A DNA stretch of 64,000 nt from Vicugna vicugna. Its lineage: Eukaryota. This document shows, one piece after another, positions 13,292 to 25,739 of this stretch. The notes under the pieces were generated by a model. The model was given only the letters and a program-made list of their open reading frames with translations. It had not been told where the DNA came from and made no database searches. The translations under genes and the position numbers were made by a program. The DNA lies in the NCBI GenBank assembly GCA_013265495.1, contig MU058213.1, forward strand, positions 2,542,001 to 2,606,000, written 5' to 3'. The stretch's first letter is position 1, and each line of letters begins with the position of its first letter.

Positions 13292-15629
13292 ATATATATA
13301 AATTTTAGTTATAATCCTCTAAATTGATTTTATGACCTATCGATGATTGGACCGACATTTTAAAAACATTGCTCTTGAACTTAAAAATGAGCTTCATGGA
13401 GTCAGAAACCTTATAATCCCATTTGTAGTTGAATCCTCACCCCTAGAACTTCGTAGTTAGTCAAGTGAAAAAAATTTGAATCATTTAAAAATACACTGCA
13501 GTAAGAGTTACCCCACAAAAGAACATCCAGACATATTTCCATATTCATGAATTTTCAAATACCAGTAGAACATATACGTACTTTCCCCACTAATAATTGG
13601 GAATCTGACACAATTTTGGTACTGTTTTTGTGTACCTAGTTCTTTATTTTTAAATACCTATAATGAGAATATTACAATTAAGCAAAACAGTTTTTCTCTT
13701 GAAACTAATTAAGATATTCCTGGCCAATGATCATATCCCCTGGGCAAGGGATTTGAATGGAGTGTTTGAATGTGAAATCTGTAGTAGGCCGTAATTGCCA
13801 AGAGGAAAATTTAGTAAGAGTGCAATCAAGAAAATACAGTTAGCATTTGCTGGAAAAAAGTGGCATTGTAACATAACATTGTAAATTATCACTTATATGA
13901 AAAGTATATATTTAGCCTTCATTTTCCTCTCTCTTGTTTTCCTGCTGATAATCTTTCAGCCACAAATCATGTGGGAAAAGACAGGGAAAAAGAAAAAAGA
14001 AAAGTAAAGAGGAAGTAACAAAACCTCAGTTAGGTTTTTCTTCCCTATTAGCAGTTTTGTAAAAAAAAAAAAAATTAGAGAAATAACAAATTGAAGATAA
14101 TTGTTAAAATTAGCTTAGAAACATTCAATTTAAACTGGAAATATAAATATTTAAATATACAGCCTTAGATGCTAATTGCTGCCTTGCTGTCCCTGGTAGA
14201 TATTAAAGAAGACAAGATGAGTTAGTAATCCATGAATATTACCTAAAGTACTTGACCTTACTTGTGGAACTTGTAATTTTAATCTCCTCATTAAATGAAA
14301 TCAAGTCAATCACAGGTGCAGCAGTGCATGCAGATACACAGATGGAACCAGAGATGACAACTATCTGTAACTTTGGGGGTAATATTTCGGTTTGTCTTTG
14401 GATATTCCTAATAGCCAGCCAGTGAAAATGCTTTGGCAACAAGGAAAAACCTGGGAAGGAGGTGGCAGTTGGTATAAAGCCAGCTTTCCAGAAACTTTCT
14501 CCTGAAAAGGGGCCCAGGAACCATGTTTTTCGCCATTTTAATTGGGAGACCTTCCAGGAAAAGCTCTGAACAAACAACCTCCTGTTGATTCTCTGGGGAT
14601 GACTGCCAGTTATACAGACTGTAAATAATGCATATAAATGTAACCTGGTTGTGACTTGAAGAGAAGGGGAAAAAGCCCTCCCTAAGGTCCCTTTGGCTTG
14701 AGACCAGAGTTTTGCCAGCATAATAGACAGGATGCACATATTTTTCACCCTGCTAAGAAACTACCTGTGAGTGGCTTGTGGTGGTATAACCTTAGTCTTA
14801 TTTCAATCCCACAATAATGGGATATTCATGATGGCAGAAAGAGCTGAAATAAGGGCCAAGAAGAGGGCATTTTTAGAAGCTGAGTGGGAAAGCGAGACAG
14901 GGAATATACCTGGTGACAGTCTGATGCTGGAGAGAACAGAGCAGATTTGGAGCATGGGGGCACTTTGGAGAGAGAACAGAGATGCCTCATGGAGAAGGTG
15001 AGTCCCCTGTGCTGTGCTCTGTGTTGGTTGCCCTCTCCTCCACTTCTCCAAGAGACTTCAGTGCACTGAACGGTACTTGTCATTGGAGTGCTCCAAAATG
15101 CTAATCCTGACTCCAGAGTCAGTCCAACTAGAGCCAAGGCTGACAAGCTACACAGATGCCATGTGCTACAGGAGATTCCAACCATTTCCCTCCCAGGAGG
15201 AACAACTTCAGCATGTAAGAGAGTCTGAGTGGAATTATTTTAATATATTTTAAAATAAAACATTATTTATTATATTAAGACAAGATTTTAAATAGTTTAT
15301 TCTTTTAAAAGAGGAGAGTAAACTGTCCATAAACTTAAGTACCATCACTATGATTAATGAAATCTTCAGTGTGTCATACCTCACAACTCATGGTGTAGGT
15401 GGCCGGGTGCTGCAACATCATGGCCAAGAGCCACTGCTCTGGCTTAGAGAAACACAAAGGCAGAAAGCCGAATGACTGAAAGCTGGGCACAGAGTGACGG
15501 GGTGGAAGTATGTGTGAAGAAGTCTGTGGAAACAACCAGTGATAAGTCATTTACAAGCAGGAAAACTCCAAGCACAGAAGAATCACCACTCAAGTGTGAG
15601 GGTGAAGGAGCTGAAGGAGCACCATCCCA

Positions 15630-17625
15630 GAGGAGCTCAAGATGGAGGAGTAGGAGGACGTTGAGCTCACTTCCCCACTGTGAACACACCAAAAATACAT
15701 CTACATGTGGAGCAATTCTCACTGAAAACAAACTAGAGATGGGCAGAAATACTCCTATACAGCCAAAGCTATAAAGACAGATCCGTGTGAAGTCAGGTGG
15801 AAAGGAAAGAGAAGCGATCAGGTCAGGACCTGCATCCCTAGGAAGGGACACAGAAGGGGGAGGATTGCACAGGCCTGGAGAGCTTCCCTAGGGAGGGAGC
15901 AGTTTGTACCACATACTTGGCACCCCAGCCCTGGGATCTGACATTGGGAAGATGAGTCTTTTTGGCTGGTTTGAAGACCAGTAAAATTAGCAGGGGGCTG
16001 TGAGAAACTTGGACTCTGCTCATGAAGAGTGCACATGCTTGTCTGCTCCAGAGACAAGGCAGAGGAAACAGATTGAGACTGCCCGGGACTCTAGCCAGTT
16101 TCCCTCAACTGCCCCAGCACACACCCTGGACTGTGCTGAGTGCCTCTTGTTCCAGGGTACAGCTCCCCACTAGTGAAAAGGCCAAGGAGAGTATGCAGTT
16201 ACAGGGGATGGAGCTGGCTCTGACCCAGCACTGCATCTGGGTGGGGCAAGGGCACCCATTACTGGCACTCATGCAGGTGGCAGATTGGGAATAATCTGGA
16301 ACTCTGACTTGCATGCTGGGACTGGCAAAGCATGGACCCCAACCCATGCCAAGCACCTGCTCTGGCCCCTCTTGCTCCAGCATTGCTCTCTTCTTGGGCA
16401 AAGGTGCCAATGCTGGGAGGGAAGAGAGCACACTCTTGGAACAGAACCAGCTTGGACTCAAACTTCAGGGCTTCTGCTTCAGCACCTCAGGGCCCACCCA
16501 TGCCCCTGAAACAACAGTACTGGCCACTGAGCATAGGAAAAGCCCTGGTTCACACTTGGCTTTGGTCCTAACCCGTCCATGTCCAGTCCCACCCCCACCA
16601 TGGTGATAGGTGCCTTCATACCCTGGGAGATGGTGTGACTCCTGCTTACTTCAGATCCAGCTTTTCCACCAAAGCCACGGCTTGCCCCATACAAGGACAC
16701 CCCAATCAAAAATGGGTGGAAGAACTGAACAGACATATTTCAAAAGAGGAAATGCAGATGTCTAACAGGCACATGAGAAGATCCTCAACATCACTACTAT
16801 CAGGGAAATGCAAATAAAAACCACAATGAGGTATCACCTCAGAATGACTGTCATCAAAAAGAAGACAAATAACAAATGTTGGTGAGGATGTGGAGAAAGG
16901 GGACCCCTTGTACACTGTTGGTGGGAATGTAAATTTGTGCAGCCACTATGGAAAACAGTATTTCCTCAAAAAAACTAAAAATAGAACTACCATTTGATCC
17001 AGCAGTCCCACTCCTGGATATATATCTAAGGAAAGTGAAAACAGCAATTTGAAGAGATACATGCACCCCAATGTTCATAGCAGCATTTTTTACAATAGCC
17101 AAGATATGGAAGCAACTTAATTGTCCATCAGCAGATAAATGGATAAGAAGATGAGATATATACACACTATGGAATATTCCTTGACCGTTAAAGAGAATGA
17201 AATTCAAGCATTTGCAGCAGCATGGATGGACCTGCAGGGTATTATGCTTAGTGAGATAAGTCAGACAGAGAAAGACAAATACTGTATGTTAGCACTTACG
17301 TGTGGAATCTAAAACAATTTTTAAAAAGGAATGAATATAACAAAACCAAAACAGACTCACAGATCTAGAGAACAGACTGGTGGTTATCACTGGGGAGAAA
17401 GAGGAGTGGGGACAGGATAGGTGTAAGAGATTAACAAGTACAGACTACTCTGTAAAATAAATAAACAGGATATACTGTACAGCACAGGGAATACGGCCAA
17501 TATTTTATAATAACTTTAAATGGAGTATAATGTATAAAAATATTAAATTACTATGTTGTCCACCTGAAACTGACATATTATAAATTAAGTATTCTTCATG
17601 TTTTTAAAAAATTTAATTTCTTCAA
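15630..17625 (+). mobile_element. Internally deleted LINE-1 (5'UTR fused to ORF2 3' end and 3'UTR) with degenerate TSD
   Basis: 5' end caagatggaggagtaggaggacgttgagctcac. At ~16700 it jumps to cccaatcaaaaatggg...agacatatttcaaaagagg (late ORF2). TSD aaggagcaccatccca (15614-15629) / aagaagcatcatctca (17626-17641), 13/16 identical. Confidence 0.88.
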
Positions 17626-17936
17626 AAGAAGCATCATCTCATAACCAACATAAGACAATCTTAGAAGTGCTGCCAGCCTTGAGAGATCATATTAATAAAC
17701 CCAAAGGCGAACAAAGCCCAGACTGTTTGTTTATTGTTTTCTCAGTGTTTGTAGTCCCTCTTACTCATACTTTTCAGAGGAATCTCTCCATCTCCTGAGA
17801 AGGTAGTGTAGCTCAGTGGCCTTTGTATTGTGCTCTTTGGAGCACTAGATCAGACATCAGTGACCACTTTGGTGGTAAGCAAAGTGTTAACAGAGAGAGA
17901 CTTTAAAGCAGCTGACATCTCCTCTTTGTGACACAG

Positions 17937-18915
17937 GTATTAGATATTTGTTGCTGTGTAACTAATTATTCTCAGAGTTAGTGTTTAAAACAATGAAAAA
18001 TTATTAACTTAGGCAATTTTGTCGGTTAGAAGTCTGATATGAGTGTTTCTGGGCTAAATCGAAGTGTTGGCTGGGCTTCCTTTCTTTCTGGAGGCTTTAC
18101 AGGAGAGTCCATTTCCTTGCTTTTTGACTTCTGGGGGCTTCCCACATTTCTTGGCTTGTAGCCACCTTCCATCTTCAAATCCAGCAATATTTATTCAAGT
18201 CTGCATCACTCTGATGCTGACTCTTCTGCCTCCCTCTTTTACCATTAAGTGCCCCAGTGATTACATTGGGTCTATCTGGAAATCCAAGATAATTTCCCTA
18301 TCTTAAGATCATCTTATTAGCAAACTTAATTCCAACTACAGCCTTAATTTCTTTTTGCTGTTTAACACAACATACTCACAAGCTCTGGAAATTAGGGTAT
18401 GAACATTTTGAGGGGAATATTATTCTGCCTAGCACAGTTAGTCTGGGCATGGCACAGCTGGGTTCTCTATCTTAGGGTCTTTTACAAGGCTGAAGTCAAG
18501 GTGTCATTCAAAATTGTGGTCTCATCTGAAGGTTCAACTGGTGAAAAATCTTCCAAGCTCTGTCATGTGGTTGTTGGCATAATTAAGTTTCTCAAAAGCC
18601 ATTAGACTGATGTCCTCACTTCTTCTCCGGCAATTGCTGGCCAGGGGGACCTCTCCAACACGACATTTTATTTCATCAAAATGTTCAAGACGAGAAAACA
18701 ATAGTGAATAAGTCTACTAGTTAGTGGAACTCATAATCTCTTATAACCTAATCACAAAACTGCTATCTCATAACTTTTGTTGTAGTCTATTCATTAGAAA
18801 TAATTCATTAGGTCCAGTCTACCCTCAAGAGGAGAGTATTACCCAAGAGTGTTAATACCTAAAGTCAGGGGTCATTTGTTTTTTGTTTTTGTTTTAAGAG
18901 GATGTCTTCCACAAA
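17937..18915. mobile_element. MaLR (MLT1-type) LTR sequences, probably two adjacent or nested copies
   Basis: tattagatatttgttgctgtgtaactaatta...tattctgcctagcaca (~18435), followed by a second MLT1-like segment (ggctgaagtcaaggtgtc...tcaagaggagagtatta). Confidence 0.7.
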
Positions 18916-18949
18916 GTCCAAATAACAAAGAATACTGGCTTTCATCTGA

Positions 18950-19140
18950 CAGGATGAGTACAAAATCTTGTCTCCACTACTTACCATCCATGTGAAATCC
19001 AGCAATTGTCATACCAACTGTATGCCTCAGTTTCTTTGTCTGATATGTTATGTTGTTGTAAGGAATAAATGAGGTACTACTAGCAAGGTGGTTAGAAGAT
19101 TGCCTGGCACCTATAAATAGATGCCTGATGAGTATGAGCT
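18950..19140 (+). mobile_element. MIR SINE
   Basis: ctccactacttacc...tgcctcagtttctttgtctg...gttgttgtaaggaataaatgagg...tgcctggcac. Confidence 0.65.
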
Positions 19141-22100
19141 TTGGTGATGGTGATAATTTAAGTCTTTACTTGAATGGAGGGTTCAGTGCTAATACACGAG
19201 TTGAAAACTGTTGAACTAGATATATTCTAAAACCATATCTAAATTAAGGATCTGTGTTTCTCATTAATGATTCAAAAACTGTTTCTATATATTCACCTCA
19301 GAATATATAGAAAATGTGGAGCATTATAGCATTTTAAGAAACCCCAGAGTATATGGCAGCGTGACTTCTTTCTCTGTTGAAAAATGTATAATGTTATTTT
19401 TCTAATAGAAAAAACAGTTATGGGAAATTTGAAAGACATAGAGAAGCACAAACAATGAATGAATGAAGAAAGAAATGTTTTTTACAAATTTGGCATACAA
19501 ATACTTCTTCTATACCTTTAATTTTTACACGATAACTACCCAAAATACTTTTTATATGAAAATATGGTATTGCATTGTATGCTACCTTTGCTTTATTCTT
19601 GACTTTTTAGAACAGTGTCATCCCCAATCTCAATTTAGTTATTTTTCTAGCATATTATCTAGGGAGTCTTATTAGAAAGTATACATGGTTATATATTCTA
19701 AGCCCCTGCATGTCAGAAAATACCTCTCTGTCGCACTTGAATGGCTGAGTGGCTAGGTATGTTGGGCCATACTTGTTTCCTTTTGGACTCTCTAAACATT
19801 TCTTCTGTCGGCTTGTGGTGTTCAGGGTTGTAACAAAGGAATGTAAGACTGGAATGATTTTTTTCTTTGAATACAATCTGTTCTGTTTTGTTTCAGCCTA
19901 GATGCTTACTAGATATTTTTAACTTATTTCAAATGTTGAAAATCTGCTGAAGGGTTTCTTCCATTGTTAATTTTGCCTGGTACTCAATGGGTCCTTAAAA
20001 TGTCTTCACTCTGGTATTTCTTCAATTCAGAGAACATCTTTCTGTTGTTTGTTTGCTTTGAACTGACAAAATCAGATCATGTCACTCTTTTTGCTCATCA
20101 CCCTCATTATACTCAGAAGTTCAAATTCCCTACGATGGACTGTCAGCCCCACATGGTAGCTGGCTCCTTGCTTGTGATGCTTTCATCCTAGATGTCCACT
20201 TCAGCTCTCTGCAAGGGAAAGCTTTGCCACCTTATAAAATAGGAAAATAGACCCACCCCCAATCTGTCACCCATAGGCATGTTGATTTGTTTATTGCCCA
20301 TTTCCCCTACAGAATATAAGCTCCATGGAAGCAGAGTCTTTTTGTTTTGCTGGCTGCTGTAACACCAGCAACTACAAAAGTGCCTTGCACATGGATGGGA
20401 GGTACTTAACAAGTAATTGTTGCATGAGCGACTTCCTCAGCTTGGTTTCCTGCCATACTGTCTGCGCAGGATCTAAAGTGGGTGGAGGAAGGCACAGCTG
20501 CAGAATCCCCGGGCAGTGTGTCCTTAGAAACCAAAAGTTTGGTGGATTTCAGGTATGCCCCCACTGCTCCATGGGGCTCTTGCCTCCTGCCCCACCTCTT
20601 CTGGGTTGGGTGGTTAATCAAGGGCTGGTGAGTTGCTGCCTCTCTGTTAACAGTTGTTCCCTCAGATGACTCCTTCCTTCTTTTGGGTCACATGATTCCC
20701 AGATCTTGTATAATTTCTTAAAGTTTCTTACCTATGAATACCATCCCTGCCCTGGAGTCTTGGCTCTTGATGGGTTTTGTAAGCATGAGATGAGGTAGTG
20801 CTCATAGAGCTTTGATATTCTTACAGGGTTGTGCAACCATCATAAAATATAAATTTAGAACATTTTCATCATTGCAAAAAGAAAGCTTGCACCCCTTAGC
20901 AGACTACCCACCCACTTTGAATTATACACAGTAAATAGAGGAATTTTGTGCTATTTAAATTACATCTCAATAAAGCTATTTTTAAAGTGACTTATAAGCA
21001 TGAGTGTTACATAGATACTGTCAATCTATGATGAAAAGAAAAATAGAGAAGCTTTTATGGTAATAGGTTAAAGGATTATTCTTTTATGAACTTTCCATAT
21101 GATCCATCTTTTTACCTTTTAAAAATGCAGAGGTTTATGACTAATGCATTGTCCATTATTTTTCTCAAATCATAACAGTTGTTTCTCATGAACCATAAAA
21201 GATGATCCCATGTAAGTAAATATGGAAGCAAAGTTACATGTAAAGTTAACATATTCACTATGACTAGTGATGTTTGTGTCATTTCTCTTCATCAAATTCA
21301 TTCTTGTAGACGTACAGATAGATAACTTCTATTCTAAATAGATACGAATATTATTTTTGAATATTTATTTACTTGTAAGTTTGATTAGTTTTTCCCTTAG
21401 TTGAGTTCTACCCAAGTAGCCTCATTTCAGATTTTATCGTCTACTCTTTACCTCTATGGGAAATTGATATTGAAACTTGGAAGTCACTGTAAGGATAGTG
21501 TTGCCTTTTTGCTATCCCTTTAATCTACTTCTGTTTGCCTAGGGGGGAAATATGCCATGCCACTTTCAAAGTAAGTATCAGAAACTGGAGAGTAGGATAG
21601 TTATGGATAAAATCTAACAGATTTTATTTAGATAGTAAAAATTGGATTTTAAAGGTATTTTAGCTCTTATAGTTAAAGAAAGGCATGTGATATACTGAAG
21701 TGTACACTTGTCACTGAAACACTTTATTACCAAAATAATAAGGCAATTTGAGAATATAAACCAATGAACACATGTATAATTCATTTTTCAGCACATGCTT
21801 CATACCCAGGCATTTCTTTAACCATAAAACAGTTTAATTGTGTGTTGAAGTATTTGATGAGTAAAAGTCTCAGATTCCATATTCACTTTTTCTGTGAATA
21901 AGGAAGGTAAACTATGTTCATTCTATCCTTTTAACTGATGATTTACCAACTCTTCCACTTAACTGAGGGCAATAAAGAGTTACTACATTTAGTTTTATGC
22001 TCTCCAAATTATGGTATCTTAGACGTTTTCGTTAGTGCTTAGTAGCCAATCCCAGTTGGAATCAGCTATCAGAGTTTTTAGATCATTTGAGGTAAAATAT

Positions 22101-23669
22101 AAAGAAATCCTAAAATCATATTAGTCTTCACCTGCTCCTTTCCTGTTGAATTTTCCCTTTCATTTATAAGTTAAAACATTTTAAAATGTGCTGCTTGCTC
22201 ATACATCAGTCTATTAAGCCTCTCAACATACTTTGAGACAAATCTGTATTAAATATTAATAGAAATTGAGGCACACAGGGGTTAAATGACTTGTCAAGTC
22301 CTATTTCCTATGCCACTGCTTTTGAAAAGGTTATCTTGCCTAAGTTTGCACTAACTTAATAAAACTGTTTGCATGGGAATTGAAATCACATTTTCTTTGC
22401 ACTCCATGGAAGAGGGAGCCCGTGAGATTGATAACCACAGGATAAACATGGCTTCAAGAGTCCCAGGAAGCAGACTGAGCCTGTCGGGTGCTGGAAGTCT
22501 CTCACTCCGTTAGTCTGCGGAGGGGTTCTGGAGTTCCGCAGCTGTACCCCGTAGCTCGTGTAGCTGACACAGCAGCTGGTGCGTGGGTTTGGAGGGATGT
22601 TGCCTACTTAGTGAGCCAGGTCTGCCCATGAGGAATTTCACATATCGTGAAGCATGTTGCAATTCTCCTTAGAGAAAACCTGGACACAAGATAATAACAC
22701 CCAAAGAAGTAATGTTAATGGTTTTTTGTTTGTTTCCCATCGCCCTTGCAAACAAAGTAATTTGTAACTCACTACTCTGGGAGGAACAGTCAGAGTAATT
22801 GTTGCTAAGAGAGTACCAGATTTGGGGATTTAATTTGGTGAATGTGTGATTTTGTTAAATTACGTATTCAAGAAAAGTAATGTATATGATTCCATTTACA
22901 CATATACACAATTAAAAGTTTTAAATCTCAGATCTACTTGAATGTTATATAACCCTACTGAAGGGCCCCCTCTGCCAGTTTTACTTTTTCAGAATCACAG
23001 TACTTTCCCTCTGTCTCTACAGGGGTTCTTAGAACGCACCTCTTCTTTCAAGAATGTGTAAATATTTAGAAATCTAATAGTTGTTGAATATGCACTATCA
23101 GCTCTTGTCAGGATGTGACACTAATATACATCGATCTGACTTTATTTTAAACTCTTACTTAAACTCTAAAGTTTAATGAAATGAATTTTTATTGTTTCAC
23201 CTTATAAGATCCACGTTCTGTAAAAACAGATCTACTGAAAATATGTACAGCAGCCTATGTACTAAGAATTGATTTCAACTGAGGAAGTAGTTTTGAAGAT
23301 TGTTGGTTTTATATTATGCAAATTAATTTCTTTACTAAAGTAGCATTTTCTGGATTTCAGAATACTCTATAGTTATGTTGACTGTATCTGCTAAACAAAA
23401 TAATGGGCATATGATCTGACAAGTAAGAGAATACTTCCATATAAAGTGGAACAGCATAGTTGAAGCTGAAACGGTCTCAGAGACTAGACCATATGGTCTT
23501 CATATCTCTAATACTAAGAAGTACCAAATAGTCACTTAGTAAGATCATTAAAGAAAGCTACTGCAAAAATATTCTTAAGGTGTGAACTAATCTATAATTT
23601 GTATTTAAATGTATCCCTTACATCCACAAAAAAGTTACTCATTTATTTCATTACTTAATAAGCTAATAT

Positions 23670-23816
23670 TTATTTTTAAGTGAACTATAGTTGATGTATG
23701 GTATCTCATAAGTCACAGGTGTATAATATAGTGATTTGCAATTTTTAAGGGTTATATTCCATTAACAGTTACTATAAAATAGTAGCTATATTCCCTGTGT
23801 TGGACAGTATATCTTT
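23670..23816 (-). mobile_element. Short L1 3' end
   Basis: T-rich tail, then tatagttgatgta...caggtgtataatatagtgatt...ctatattccctgtgttggacagtatatc. Confidence 0.75.
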
Positions 23817-24148
23817 GCTAATAAGTAGTATTTAAATGTCTATTCTGTGTCAGGCACCGTGGTAGGTAGTTGGGACCAAAAAGGGAATCTGCCCTCATGG
23901 AGCTCATAGTCTTGTCAGGGAGACAAGTACTGATCCAATATTCATGCTTATGTAGTAAAAGTAACGGTGGTATCTGCTGTAGAAGAGGTGTACTGTGCAC
24001 TGAGGACATTTGAGAGGGCGTTTTGTTTCGTCAGGTGATTCAGAAAAGTGCTGCCTGAAGAAGCGGCTTCCCAGCTGCCACCTCAAGAACAGGCAGGAGG
24101 TAACAACCAGTTGAAAAGGGATAGAAAGATCCATTTCTACTGATTCTA

Positions 24149-24578
24149 TTTCATTTTTTATTAATTGATATATAGCCTGTTTACGAACAGCATAGTGATT
24201 CAGTTGTATGTGTGTATATATATGTACACACACATATATATTCCTTTGCACATTCTTTTTTCATTATAGGCTATTTCAGGTACTGAATGTAGTTCCCTGT
24301 GCTCTACAGTAGGACCTTGCTGTTTATCTATTTTATATGTAGCAGTCAGTATCTGCAAATCCCGAACTCCCAATTTATCCCTCCACCCTCCTCTTTCACC
24401 CCTGGTAATAACCGTAAGTTTGTTTCCTGTGTCTGTGAGTCTGTTTCTGTTTTGTAAATAAGTTCATTTGTGTCTTTTTTTTTTTTAAGATTCCACATAT
24501 AAGTGATATCATATGGTACTCTTCTTTCTCTTCCTGGCTTACTTCACTCGGTATGAACCTGGAGATTATCATACTAAA
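24149..24578 (-). mobile_element. L1 3' end with short 5' inversion (twin priming)
   Basis: L1 3'UTR antisense to 24555, then sense-oriented aacctggagattatcatactaa. TSD ctactgattcta (24137-24148) / ctactgatttta (24579-24590). Confidence 0.85.
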
Positions 24579-25713
24579 CTACTGATTTTAATATCGTTAC
24601 TGACCCTGTAAGTCTATAGCTTGTGAAATTTAGCACTTACACTTCTCTGCTGGCTGCCTGCAGTGACAGTTTGTCTGCGTGAGTGTTCACCAGTTTGGCT
24701 TGTATGGTGACAAACACACTTCTACCCCCTGGTACAACTAGTTCCTCCTTGGATAATTGCTCTCTCTAGTTACCCCTGAGTCGCAACTATTTTTTTGTGC
24801 TGGCAAGTCCCCAGAAGGTTCCAAAAGAGGAAATGCATGTCCATCTTTAGCTATCGGATTGTATGCGTGATATTTTAGTCACGAAGTAATTTCCAGCTGG
24901 CAAGCTCAACATACATATTCAACAGCAGCTAAATATTGTTGTTGCATCTATTACATGAGCTGCAAAGAAACTCACTCGCAGATGCTCCAAAATTTATAAA
25001 AGATGTAATTCTTAAAAACATTTGGTGTTTTTATCATAAAAATCTAAGTCTCATTTAGGATTGATTTGATTGTTCACATTACAGCCCTTCCCTTCCACAG
25101 ATCTATATAGACTTTTAATTTTGTTTGTTTGTTTCCTGGGCTCCCATATGTTCTATTTTCACAGTTGGGCCATTTTCCCAGAAGTCAGGCCACGGACCAA
25201 GTTGAGTGATAGGAAGGCTTCTGTGAGGAGAATCAGGCCAGCTGAATTTAAGACCTAGTCAGACAGTCCAACTCTGTCCAGTTGCAAACCAGAACACTGG
25301 TAACAAGGGATAGCAAAGGTCACACAGGTAGTTAGAACACAGCTGAGGCATGTGAACCACCTTCTTCAGAATCTGTCTATAGCTTGTACTACACATTTTA
25401 CAGGATAAGGATTAAAACCATCCTTTGCAACCCATGAAATTAAAATGGTTGTTGACTAAGCTACTTCTGGACAGCCATACATTTGAGGATTACTTCAGTT
25501 TGGGTATGATGAAAGTCGTCATTCCCATGCCCTTACACCTCTTGCCTAGTATCTTTGACTATCTAACACTCATAAATTTGTCTGATATTAGCAGGAGTGA
25601 GTGTGTTCATAAGTAGAGAAAGGATGAGAGAATTCCAGTAATCACCAGCTTAATCCCCAGACAGAATAAATGATGCAGTTTACGTGTAAGGAAAGCCTAT
25701 AGGCTCTCTCGGC

Positions 25714-25739
25714 AAAAAGAAAAAAAAAAAAAAAAAAAA
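25714..25739 (+). repeat. Poly(A) tract (A5-G-A20)
   Basis: Read directly from the sequence. Confidence 0.95.

Noticed and set aside
14239..14748. Longest ORF in the track (169 aa, minus strand)
   Set aside because: No recognisable domain or homology, starts at a non-ATG codon, and composition looks like translated non-coding DNA.
15818..16700. Cluster of overlapping 60-120 aa ORFs, also seen at 42298-43579
   Set aside because: These lie in GC-rich L1 5'UTRs where stop codons are rare; not genes.
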